NCBI GenBank assembly: GCA_043819795.1
Contig: JBDREN010000211.1
Location: forward strand, 1 to 14,653
Direction: 5' to 3'
Origin: Elusimicrobiota bacterium
GTDB lineage: Bacteria; Elusimicrobiota; Elusimicrobia; UBA1565
Length of the DNA stretch: 14,653 nucleotides
How positions within the stretch are numbered: position 1 is the first letter of the stretch; each line of letters starts with the position of its first letter. The notes under the pieces are model-generated. The model saw only the letters and a list, made by a program, of their open reading frames with translations, was not told the DNA's origin and searched no databases. The position numbers and the translations under genes are program-made. Below, piece after piece: positions 1-7,908 of this stretch.

Positions 1-4
1 GATA

Positions 5-55
5 TGGGTGCGGGGGCAGGATTTGAACCTGCGACCTCAAGGTTATGAGCTTTGC
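5..55 (-). tRNA. 3' half of initiator-type tRNA-Met(CAT); partial copy, probable att site of an integrated element
   Basis: Minus strand reads gcaaag-CTCATAA-ccttgaggtc-gcagg-TTCAAAT-cctgc-ccccgca-c-CCA: anticodon loop with CAT, T arm, acceptor 3' strand and CCA. No D arm or 5' acceptor strand upstream, and one mismatch in the anticodon stem. Confidence 0.9.
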
Positions 56-317
56 ACCTCAGAAAACGGCCCGCTCAGAACCTCTCCGTCGAGGACCCCC
101 CTGGCGGCGGCTCGCGCCCGCCCAGGAACCTTGTGGTTCTCGATGATTGCAGCAGATCCCAATTACCGCCGCTTCCACCAGGCAAACCAGACGTGGTCCT
201 ATATAGCCGTGCCCGATCGCATGCAATCATCGTTTTCGCGCGATTGCAGCGGAGAAACCGTCATTCTTGAACTGCACCAGTGAATGGGCTGACGTCATCG
301 GAACTGGCAGGGAACCA

Positions 318-608
318 TCACCGGCCCCCAGGGCGCAGGCGGAATCCCGGCTTCTCCAATCCATTCGGCGCGCCGTAGGTGTAGTCCAGCTCAAAGCCGT
401 CCAGGTTGATGCGCGAGACTGAGTCCATGATCACGGGGATTCCCTTGACTCTCCGTGCGGCTCTCAGGTCGCCCTCGTCGTGCGTTTCCAAGCCGACCCG
501 ACAGCACCCCTCGGAATACTCCACCCTCAGTACTGTGCTCTCAGGCTCCGGCCGAGCCTGAATCTCCTTCTTGACGGCCTCCACCGCGCGATCGGTTATC
601 CTGAGCAT
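318..608 (-). CDS. HesB/IscA (Fe-S_biosyn)-like small protein lacking the C-terminal CxC motif
   Basis: MLRITDRAVEAVK...LRVEYSEGCC...GIPVIMDSVS..NLDGFELDY..GF matches the A-type carrier pattern (ITDxA, LRV, GC, V.VD, L.G..LDY, GF). It ends before any CGCG. GAGGA RBS. Confidence 0.75.
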   Translation of the reverse strand: MLRITDRAVEAVKKEIQARPEPESTVLRVEYSEGCCRVGLETHDEGDLRAARRVKGIPVIMDSVSRINLDGFELDYTYGAPNGLEKPGFRLRPGGR

Positions 609-620
609 GGGCGGCGTTCC

Positions 621-830
621 TCAAAGAGACGATATCTCCAAGAGCCTTTCCTCCAGCTCGCTTACCATACGCCGCACAAGCTCCCTCTGCTCGATAAGGC
701 CGGCGTCCCTTCGGGGCGTCCCTCGCCGGGCGACGCGCCGGAGCTGGAGCCCCAGGTTGTCGTCGGTCCTCTCCAGGACATCGATCTCCGTCCGCAGTCT
801 TCGTATCTTGCTCCTTCTTTTATCCCGCAT
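621..830 (-). CDS. 69-aa coiled-coil protein resembling the GreA/GreB N-terminal domain with a degenerate, basic tip
   Basis: ATG at 830 preceded by GAAGGAGG. RLRTEIDVLE...ARRGTPRRDAGL.EQRELVRRMVSELEERL aligns by eye with GreA KLREELDFLK...EHGDLKENAEY...EQQGFCEGRIKDIEAKL. The CDS is well supported; the family call is tentative. Confidence 0.6.
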   Translation of the reverse strand: MRDKRRSKIRRLRTEIDVLERTDDNLGLQLRRVARRGTPRRDAGLIEQRELVRRMVSELEERLLEISSL

Positions 831-841
831 GACCGCCTCCT

Positions 842-2269
842 TCAACGCCCTGCCCGGACGGCCCGTTCCGGTTCTTCCGGTCGCTCTTGTCTGAGCGCCG
901 GAAGGACGATTGAGAACTCCGAGCCCCTTCCGTCTTCAAAGGCGACGTTCACCTTCCCGGAATGTCTCTCAGCCGCCATCCTACAGAACGCCAGCCCCAG
1001 CCCCACGCCGGCCGCGTCGGAGGCGAAGCTCTCGAAAGGACGGAATATCTTCTCCCGGAGCTCCGGGGGCACGCCCGGGCCTTCGTCCTTCACGTAGAAC
1101 TCCACCATCCGCCCGTCGGGGCCCGGGGACCTCGCGCCGAGCGTCACCGTGCTTCCGCGCGGGCTATTCTGCAGCGCGTTGCTGACGAGGTTGCCCACGA
1201 GCCGCCGCAGCAGGGCCCAGTCCGCATAGATCCACTCCTCAGAGAGGGAGTCGGGAAGCTCCAGCCGCCATCGGCGGCCCGAGCCTTGCGTGAGCACGGC
1301 ATTCTCCTCGCCGCATTCACGGATGAAGCACGGGACGGATATCCGGTCCTTGTTGAGAGGGACCTGGGCCGCCTCGAGCTTCGATACGTGCAGCAGGTCC
1401 TCGACCATATTATCGATCCGCCGCATGCAGAGCCGCGCCATCGGCAGCAGCTTCTGGCGCCACTCCGGCGTCAAGAGGTCGCCGCCCTTGGCCGCGCGCA
1501 GGGTGCAATCGATGACCGTGAGGGGGTTCTTGAGGTCGTGCACCAGCATCGAAGACCACCGGTCTTTTGCCTTCTCCAACCGCACGCGCTGCTCATGCTC
1601 GGACTCCAGCTGCTTGTGCAGCCTTCGCAGCGAGGCGGTCAGCTTGGAGACCTCGTCGCTCCCCGCGTCCTTCGGCAGCGGCGGAAAAGCCTCGCCCATC
1701 CTCATCCTCTCCGCGGCTTCCGCTAATCGGCAAAGGCGCCGGCCGAGAGCCCTGCCCAGCCACCAGGAGAGACCGGCGAGCAGGATCGCCGCGAAGCCTG
1801 CGATGGCCGCGCCGCGCCACAGGAGCGCGGCCACGGCTTCACGCATGCCTTCGGTGCCTATCCCGATCTCGACGCTGCCTGGGCCCGCGTCACGGGACCC
1901 GATCGCGGCTGTCGCCCGATAGTAGCCGCCGTCCGAAGTCTCGGCGGCCCATTTGTCGGGCCCCGCTCCCGGGCGCGCAGCGTATCGGCTCAGAGCTCCA
2001 TCCGGGCTCCGCAAAGCGACGTACGCCACGCGGGGGAGCTCCAGGAATTCCTGAAAGGTATCATCCAGTGCGGCGTCGTCTCCGGCCTTGAGGGACTTCT
2101 GGGCAAGATACGCGACCACCTCGGCCAGGGCTTGGCCGCGGGCCTTGAGCGGTTCATGCAGGGACCGCCTGGACGCCACGAAACGGTCCGCGATCAGTAG
2201 ACTCAGGCAGACGCTTGAGATCGCGAACGTGATCGCCGCCAGCTTGCCGCGCAGAGACAATGGCCTCAC
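842..2269 (-). CDS. Membrane sensor histidine kinase (2 TM, periplasmic domain, HAMP, HisKA, HATPase_c)
   Basis: H box SMLVHDLKNPL, N box NLVSNALQNS, G1 DEGPGVP, F box IFRPF, G2 GVGLGLAFC, HAMP (SDEVSKLTASL). Start taken as GTG 2269, which overlaps the upstream stop (GTGA); the longer ORF to 2665 overlaps the SH3 gene. Confidence 0.93.
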   Translation of the reverse strand: MRPLSLRGKLAAITFAISSVCLSLLIADRFVASRRSLHEPLKARGQALAEVVAYLAQKSLKAGDDAALDDTFQEFLELPRVAYVALRSPDGALSRYAARPGAGPDKWAAETSDGGYYRATAAIGSRDAGPGSVEIGIGTEGMREAVAALLWRGAAIAGFAAILLAGLSWWLGRALGRRLCRLAEAAERMRMGEAFPPLPKDAGSDEVSKLTASLRRLHKQLESEHEQRVRLEKAKDRWSSMLVHDLKNPLTVIDCTLRAAKGGDLLTPEWRQKLLPMARLCMRRIDNMVEDLLHVSKLEAAQVPLNKDRISVPCFIRECGEENAVLTQGSGRRWRLELPDSLSEEWIYADWALLRRLVGNLVSNALQNSPRGSTVTLGARSPGPDGRMVEFYVKDEGPGVPPELREKIFRPFESFASDAAGVGLGLAFCRMAAERHSGKVNVAFEDGRGSEFSIVLPALRQERPEEPERAVRAGR

Positions 2270-2847
2270 CCCCCTGCGGTATCCCGGGTCCCGCGCCGCC
2301 GCGCCTGCGGGTCCGCCCCGGCCTCCCAGCCGTCCTCCGGGCGCTCCCTGTCGGGCCGCTTGTCTCCCCATACGATGGACGCATGGATCCATCCCTCCAC
2401 ATCGCCCTCGTCCTTCACCTTGAGCCAGTTCCCCGTCCGGTCCACGACCTTGAACGTATAGCCCAGGTCCACCTCCCAGACCACCTGGCGCCTCATGCCC
2501 GGGCCTTCGCGGACGTTCGCCATCTCGGCGGTCACGACTACGGCGGGGCCGTCGTCGAGCAGGCTGTCGTGGATCCAGCCCGTATAGTCCTCGAAATCCC
2601 GGACGCGGACCCAATCGCCGCGGCGCGCCAGCACCTCCAAGGGGGTGTGAATCCACGCCTGCCACGCCACGTCCGAGCTGTGCGAGGGTCCGGCCCGGAC
2701 GTTGGCCCTCTTGACGCGCACGGACGCAATCTCTCCGAACGCCGCGGAGCTCAGAGCGAGGATGAGCGCCGGCACGGCCGCCCGGACCGCCAGGCCTCGG
2801 CCGGCGCGCCGGGATCGATCCGCTTCCGATCGGGTGTTCGTTCTCAT
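2266..2847 (-). CDS. Secreted protein with two tandem bacterial SH3 domains
   Basis: Signal peptide (ALILALSSAAFG) and two repeats ANVR.GP...W..V.D..G..GWIH.S; AAGGAGG RBS. Confidence 0.92.
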   Translation of the reverse strand: MRTNTRSEADRSRRAGRGLAVRAAVPALILALSSAAFGEIASVRVKRANVRAGPSHSSDVAWQAWIHTPLEVLARRGDWVRVRDFEDYTGWIHDSLLDDGPAVVVTAEMANVREGPGMRRQVVWEVDLGYTFKVVDRTGNWLKVKDEGDVEGWIHASIVWGDKRPDRERPEDGWEAGADPQARRRGTRDTAGG

Positions 2848-2868
2848 GGCTCGCCTCCTTCGCTATTT

Positions 2869-2934
2869 AGTATAGTAGGCGGGTAGCTATTTTGAAAGAC
2901 GATAAATCCTATCATGGTTATTTAAAAAACCAAT
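2869..2934 (-). promoter_or_regulatory. LysR-type promoter for the SH3-kinase operon: -10 TATACT, weak -35 TTTCAA (17-bp spacer), T-N11-A box ATTT-N7-CAAT at 2920-2934
   Basis: AT-rich intergenic region divergent from the LysR gene. It has a paralogous copy at 4648-4713 with the same spacing. Confidence 0.7.
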
Positions 2935-3832
2935 GATTCCGCTCAATTACCACCACCTCTACTATTTCTGGGCCGTCGTCAAGGCGGGCAGCATCAGCCG
3001 GGCCAAGAGACGGCTTCTGCTGGCGCAGCCGACCTTGAGCCTCCAACTCAAGGAGCTGGAGAAGGCCTTCGGGGAGAAGCTCCTCAATAGGACCCACAAG
3101 GGGATATCGCTCACGGGCCCGGGCAGGGTCGTCTTCGAGTGCTGCGAGAGGATATTCCCGGTCGGCGAGCAGCTCGCGTCCAAGATGCAGAAGGACGCGG
3201 CCGTTCTGCCCGCCGTGCTCCATATCGGCGTGGAGGAAACGGTGGCCAGGGCCGTCGTCGTGCGCATGCTGGACTTCCTCGGGCGGGGGGCCCGGGGGGT
3301 GCGGGTCCATATCGTCGGCGGAGCCCTCCCCGACCTCAAGGACCGCTTGAGCCGTCACACCGTCGACCTTCTGGTATCCGACGTGGACCTGTCCGTGGCT
3401 TTGGGTAGGGAGTTCGTCAGCCGCCCCAAGGTCCGAGACCCGGTGGTATTTGTCGGGTCTCCGCGTCTCCTGCGCGATTTCAAGAGATTCCCGCGCGATC
3501 TGGCGAAGTACCCCATGCTCCTGAGAACGGCGGGCAATCCGGTCCGCAAGGAAGTGGACCAATTCCTCTGCCAGCACGGGATCGAGGCGAACATCGGCGC
3601 CGAGATAGAGGACAACGACCTGATACGCCTGCTGGCGCTCCGCGGCCAAGGAATCGCCGCGCTCGGCCGGATGAGCGTGCGCAAAGATATCCAGGCCAAG
3701 CGATTAAGGCAGGTCCATGGCCGCCTGCTCGGGATCACCGAACCCGTTTGGTTCACGTCTGGAAGGCTCCCCAGGCCGAACCCGGTGCTCCAGAAGGCGA
3801 TCCGGGCCATCATGTACGACCTGCGCTTCTAA
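2933..3832 (+). CDS. nhaR: LysR-family transcriptional regulator, NhaR-like
   Basis: N-terminus LNYHHLYYFWAVVKAGSISRA...QPTLSLQLKELE is the NhaR-subfamily HTH. 299 aa with LysR substrate-binding domain. Orthology to true nhaR is not established. Confidence 0.9.
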   Translation: MIPLNYHHLYYFWAVVKAGSISRAKRRLLLAQPTLSLQLKELEKAFGEKLLNRTHKGISLTGPGRVVFECCERIFPVGEQLASKMQKDAAVLPAVLHIGVEETVARAVVVRMLDFLGRGARGVRVHIVGGALPDLKDRLSRHTVDLLVSDVDLSVALGREFVSRPKVRDPVVFVGSPRLLRDFKRFPRDLAKYPMLLRTAGNPVRKEVDQFLCQHGIEANIGAEIEDNDLIRLLALRGQGIAALGRMSVRKDIQAKRLRQVHGRLLGITEPVWFTSGRLPRPNPVLQKAIRAIMYDLRF

Positions 3833-4335
3833 GGGCCAAGGCAGCAGGAGCGCGGGGCACGCGGCCGAGCGTATGAGTTCCGCCGCGCTGGAAGGCCCGG
3901 GAGCAGCTCTTTCCCGGACCTCACCACCAGCATGGGGAGCGGCAGCATCCGGGCCACCCGCTCGGTGACCGAGCCCGACCGGGCCAGCGGCATGCCGCGC
4001 CTGGCGTGCGTCCCCATCACCACCGCCTCCGCGGTGCCGAGGACGCTTTCCACGGGACCGCTTTCCTGCACGTACGCGGAAATCCGCATGCCCGGGCCCG
4101 CGAAGCGGCCGGCGAACTCCTTGAGGCAGCGGGCCAAGGCGCGCTTCTTGTGGAGCGCTCTCGGCTCGATGTCGAGCAGGATCTCAGGCGTGAAATACGG
4201 AGGCGCGTCGAAGCGCTTGGCCGTCACCGCGACGAGCCGCGACTTGCGGCTCCTCGCCCACGCGCCCGCGTACCGGAGCGCGAGCTTCGAATGTCCGCTG
4301 AAATCCACCGGGCAGACGATGCATCGCCGCGTCAT
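3829..4335 (-). CDS. Universal stress protein (Usp domain)
   Basis: IVCPVDFSGHSKLALRYA...VVMGTHARRG...GSVTERVARMLPLPMLVVR is the Usp signature. TGATG coupling to the upstream gene. Confidence 0.9.
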   Translation of the reverse strand: MTRRCIVCPVDFSGHSKLALRYAGAWARSRKSRLVAVTAKRFDAPPYFTPEILLDIEPRALHKKRALARCLKEFAGRFAGPGMRISAYVQESGPVESVLGTAEAVVMGTHARRGMPLARSGSVTERVARMLPLPMLVVRSGKELLPGLPARRNSYARPRAPRSCCLGP

Positions 4336-4622
4336 CAGCCGCTCCCCCGGGTTATGACGAAGCGCGGCCCGCCGTCCCCGTCTTTACGGTAGTCGAGGGC
4401 GAATCCGCCCAGCGCCAAGGACGGGAAGGCCACGAGGTCGATCAGGACCGCCCCGCCCGCCTTCCGGGTCATGATGTATTCATGCCCGACTCCTGCGCGA
4501 TTCCACACGACGCAGGGCGGCCCCTTGCGGAAGGCGAGCCTCGCCTTGGCCCGCCTGGGGAAGCCGTTCGCCGTCCGAAGGGTCCCGATGCGGCGAGCCG
4601 CTCTGGATGCGAGTATGATCAT
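4335..4622 (-). CDS. Divergent HesB/IscA-like small protein
   Basis: MIILASRAARRI...ARLAF...VLIDLVAFPSL..GFALDY..RFVI follows the same pattern as the other two paralogs. GGAGGAGG RBS. Confidence 0.6.
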   Translation of the reverse strand: MIILASRAARRIGTLRTANGFPRRAKARLAFRKGPPCVVWNRAGVGHEYIMTRKAGGAVLIDLVAFPSLALGGFALDYRKDGDGGPRFVITRGSG

Positions 4623-4647
4623 ACGAGCCTCCTCCCTGGCCTACTCC

Positions 4648-4713
4648 AGTGTGGCGGCCGCAAGGCCATTTGCAAAGACTATAAATTCAATCATTATCAT
4701 TGTTTGTCTAAAT
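4648..4713 (-). promoter_or_regulatory. Second LysR-type promoter: -10 CACACT, -35 TTTGCA (17-bp spacer), T-N11-A box ATTG-N7-AAAT at 4699-4713
   Basis: 4665-4702 matches 2886-2923 at 28 of 38 positions without gaps. Confidence 0.7.
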
Positions 4714-4824
4714 AAGCTTCGCGCCCGCGGCGGCTCGCTCGGTCGCCCGGGCCGGGGAAGCAGGGCGGGCCAACGCTTCGCGCGCGCCGCGCCAGACCGG
4801 TCGACGCGACAAGAAGGGCGGTCC

Positions 4825-4855
4825 TTGACAAATCCGGCTATGGAGCTATAACTAT
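4825..4855 (+). promoter_or_regulatory. Sigma70-type promoter TTGACA-N16-TATAAC
   Basis: TTGACA at 4825-4830 and TATAAC at 4847-4852, upstream of the GspC/PilP-like gene. Confidence 0.7.
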
Positions 4856-4951
4856 GGTAGGGCGTGTCCACGATCGGCACGCCGCTTCGGGCCAAGAAGC
4901 CATCGCGCTCCAAGAAGTTGGAGGCGGGGCTTCTTCGTTTCTGGGGGTCTC

Positions 4952-5602
4952 TTGGACGGAAACCGCGGACGCACATCGACTTCCGGCGGGAGCGGGCGCC
5001 GCTGGGGGGCTCCGCCTCCGCGTGGAAACGCGCTCCCTCTCCGTAAAGACCCGCACGTGCCGGAACAAGGGATTCGGCCGGGGACCGAGCGTATCTCGGC
5101 CGCGCTCTATTCGGCCCTGGCGGCCTTCAGGCAGGCGCTGGACCGGACCGAACCGCTCCGGGCCGCCAACGCCGTCCTGGCGATCCTTACGGCGTTTTCT
5201 CTCGGCTATCTTATCCTTCTTTGGACCCACGATGATCAGCAGGCGAGTCCGCGGGAGGGGCCGGAGGGCGGTCTCGCTCCGGAGCAATCCAGGCTGTCCC
5301 GGCGCCGCTATCCGTACTATATCAAGGCCGTGAGGTCCCGCGACCTTTTCGGCCGTCGTCGCCGCGTCGTGGTCGAGAAGAAGAGGACCGGACCCACGGC
5401 CGCGCAGAGAGCGCGCCGGCTGCGCCTGATGGGATTCATCGAGGCGGACGGGGCGCTTCAGGCCGTGGTGCTCGACAGGAGGGCCCGCGTTACCCGCTAC
5501 GTTCGGAAGGGGGACACCATCCGGGGGCTCCTCGTGGAGACCGTGGGCGGGGGCAAAGTGGTGCTCACGAAAGACGGAGACAAAGTGACGCTCTCTCTAT
5601 GA
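4952..5602 (+). CDS. GspC/PilP-like membrane-anchored protein (type II secretion / type IV pilus)
   Basis: One TM (NAVLAILTAFSLGYLILLW), RDLF motif, then LRLMGFI...QAVVLD...YVRKGDTIRG..VETV..GKVVL...VTLSL (HR/PilP beta domain). Directly upstream of a secretin remnant. Start codon uncertain. Confidence 0.72.
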   Translation: MDGNRGRTSTSGGSGRRWGAPPPRGNALPLRKDPHVPEQGIRPGTERISAALYSALAAFRQALDRTEPLRAANAVLAILTAFSLGYLILLWTHDDQQASPREGPEGGLAPEQSRLSRRRYPYYIKAVRSRDLFGRRRRVVVEKKRTGPTAAQRARRLRLMGFIEADGALQAVVLDRRARVTRYVRKGDTIRGLLVETVGGGKVVLTKDGDKVTLSL

Positions 5603-6335
5603 GCCGGAGGAGCCATAAGTAGGCACATCGCGGCGATCGCATTGAGCCGTATGCTGACGATCGGCACGGCCGGCCCGACGATGGCTCAGCCGCAGCCGAA
5701 CCCGGGCTTGAGCAAGGGGGACGGCAGCGGATGGAGAGACTCCGAAGGCGCTCCCGGCCCCCGTAGCGGAGGGCCCCCTCCGTCCCGGAACCGCCGCTAG
5801 GGCCTCGGGCGACCCCGGCACGACGGCCCGCACGCCCCGGGGCCTCGCGCGGAGGCGACACCCGCGTCATCGTCACGGACAGCGGAGAGAAGCGGGGACA
5901 GAGGCCTGGCGGGGGGGGAGACGACCAATCCTGAGCAGGTCACCTTCGTGGATGCGGGGATCAGATCTTCGTCACCCCGACCATCGGCGAGGACGGCTTC
6001 ATCACCATGAAGTTGAAACCCATGGCGAGCTCGGTCAACAACACCATCACCACCGCGCATGGCAACACGATTCCCTTTGTCCGGACCTCCGAGGCCGAGA
6101 CAGCGTCATGATCAAGGACGGGACGAACCTTGTAATCGGCGGCCCGATCGAGGCCCGCAAGGAGAAGAAGGTCAACCGCGTCCCCATCCTGAGCAAGATC
6201 CCGCCGCTGGGCTTCTTCCTCAAGAGCGTGAGCGAGCAGGTGCGCGAGTCGCAGCTGGCGATCTTCCTGCCCCCGCATCGTTTCGGGAACTTTGGGCGCG
6301 AAGGGATCAAGCACGCTGTAACAGTATTTCCCTAG
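5599..6335 (+). pseudogene. Secretin (GspD/PilQ family) pseudogene: internally deleted and frameshifted
   Basis: Across two single-base frameshifts (about 5965 and 6102) the sequence reads EQVTFVDAGI/FVTPTIGEDGFITMKLKP...IPFVRTSEAET/VMIKDGTNLVIGG...VPILSKIPPLGFFLK...QLAIFLPPH, the secretin C-terminal domain. A signal-peptide-like remnant follows ATG 5599 out of frame. Most of the N-terminal part is missing. Confidence 0.85.
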
Positions 6336-6375
6336 TTGGAATATCTCCAGGCCGTCTCGGCCTGAATCCGCCGGA

Positions 6376-7902
6376 TCAGGACGGGCCGGCGCGCGCGCCC
6401 AGGTCGCGCGCCGGCCGCGCCGGGGGTGCCCCGCGAGGACCCTCCTGGGACTGCCTGTAGGCGTCGAACAGCATGGCGGAGAGCACGTTCCCCACCGCGA
6501 TGGCTCCCGGGCGCATGATGTGCCCGAGGTCCGGAGACACCAGCCTGGGCCTCCTCAGATACCAGCGCGCCATGGTGCCCTCGCCGCCCAGCGCCTCGAA
6601 GAGATCGACGTAGGCGCACCCGGCTTGCGCGGCTGCCTGCTCCGCGGCGGCGACGACCTTCCGCACCGCCGGCCGGCTCACGATCAGATTGCGCTTCCTC
6701 ATGCCCATGTCTTTGGGGGAGACGACCAGGCATGAGGCCTCCGGACGCCCGGTCATCGTCCTGCCGATGCTTTTGACGTAGGCGCGGCGGAAGGACCTGG
6801 CCTGGCGGTCGGTCAGATACGGCTTGCGCATGAGCTCCTTGGCGCCCCACTGGAATATCACGAGGTCGGGCTTCCTCGCCGCGACCTGGCGCCGCAGGTG
6901 GTCCGGGTCGTAGTTCAGCTGGGTGTTGGCCCACGCGCCGATGACCATGACGGCGTCCAGCACGAAACCCCGGTCGCGCTCGAGAACGGCCCCGTAGAGC
7001 CGGGCCGGGAAGTCGCCGGCCGAGACGCGGACCCTGTGCGGGGCGTCGTCGAGCTCCATCGCGAAGACCTTGTCGCGGGTCCCGTAGGCGTTCGTGCGCA
7101 CGGTGGCGGAGGAGCTTCCGCCGTCCACTTCGATGCGCACGTCCCCGCCGCCGGGGTAGGCCTGATAGTGCAGCTCGAAGCGCGAGAAGCGGGCTCCGGC
7201 GGGGAAGTCGAGATATCCCCCGCGCCGGCTCTCGCGGGGCGAAAGCGCGGCGTACTCCACCCACGCGGGGCCCTCGTTGACCGCGAGCACGCCGCCCAGC
7301 CCGTAGCGCCGGTCGTCCAGTCCGCCCTCCAGCACCGTGTGGACCTTCCAGCCGTCGCTCACCGTCCAACGTACGTCCCTATGGCGCTGGTAGCGCCAGC
7401 CCGGCGCGATGACCATGAATCCCTTGCCGCCGTCGCCGAAGCGCGCTTGAAGCGAGCGGCGCACCTGGCTGGTCACCCGGTCGAAGCCGATTTCGGAATT
7501 CCCGAAATACACGGCCCGGACGGGCCCGGGCGCCGAGCCTTCCTCGGCGGCGGCGAGCGCGGTGAAGAAATGCCTCATGGAGCCGGCGGGATCGCGGAAG
7601 TGGGGGTGCCTGAACCCAGCGTACGGCCTGGGCGTCTCCTCTGCGGCAGCCCCCTCTTGGCGGCGGTCCGGCACGGGGGCTTCGCCCGGGGAAGCGGCCT
7701 GCGGCGGCCGTTCGAGGCTCGGCGGGGGGGGTGGTCGACCTACGGCCTCTTGCGCGCCCGGAGGCGGCGCAGGAGAAACGGCCCGCATATGGCGCATGCC
7801 GGACGCCAGGCCCGTCGCCGCGGCGAGCATCGCGATCATGGCGTAGCCGCCCCAGACGCCTCCGATGCGGTCGGCCTGCGGGGGATGCGCTGAATCTTCC
7901 AT
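6376..7902 (-). CDS. Periplasmic SGNH/GDSL-family O-acetyltransferase/esterase (PatB/AlgJ-like partner of MBOAT)
   Basis: N-terminal hydrophobic anchor, Pro-rich linker, block I YFGNSE, LQARFGDGGKGF, PDLVIFQWGAKE, SCLVVSP.D and DxxH (DLGH). Directly downstream of the MBOAT gene. Confidence 0.85.
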   Translation of the reverse strand: MEDSAHPPQADRIGGVWGGYAMIAMLAAATGLASGMRHMRAVSPAPPPGAQEAVGRPPPPPSLERPPQAASPGEAPVPDRRQEGAAAEETPRPYAGFRHPHFRDPAGSMRHFFTALAAAEEGSAPGPVRAVYFGNSEIGFDRVTSQVRRSLQARFGDGGKGFMVIAPGWRYQRHRDVRWTVSDGWKVHTVLEGGLDDRRYGLGGVLAVNEGPAWVEYAALSPRESRRGGYLDFPAGARFSRFELHYQAYPGGGDVRIEVDGGSSSATVRTNAYGTRDKVFAMELDDAPHRVRVSAGDFPARLYGAVLERDRGFVLDAVMVIGAWANTQLNYDPDHLRRQVAARKPDLVIFQWGAKELMRKPYLTDRQARSFRRAYVKSIGRTMTGRPEASCLVVSPKDMGMRKRNLIVSRPAVRKVVAAAEQAAAQAGCAYVDLFEALGGEGTMARWYLRRPRLVSPDLGHIMRPGAIAVGNVLSAMLFDAYRQSQEGPRGAPPARPARDLGARAGPS

Positions 7903-7908
7903 GGGAAA

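Noticed and set aside
8..283. ORF MRGQDLNLRPQGYE...
   Set aside because: It is the familiar antisense translation of a tRNA 3' half, not a credible protein.
318..320. Selenocysteine read-through of the TGA stops of the HesB-like genes
   Set aside because: The TGAs are not at a conserved Cys position, read-through gives no CxC/UxC motif, and the 4335 TGA overlaps the next ATG.
2270..2665. N-terminal extension of the kinase ORF
   Set aside because: Overlaps the SH3 gene in another frame and is low-complexity; GTG 2269 gives a normal TM start.
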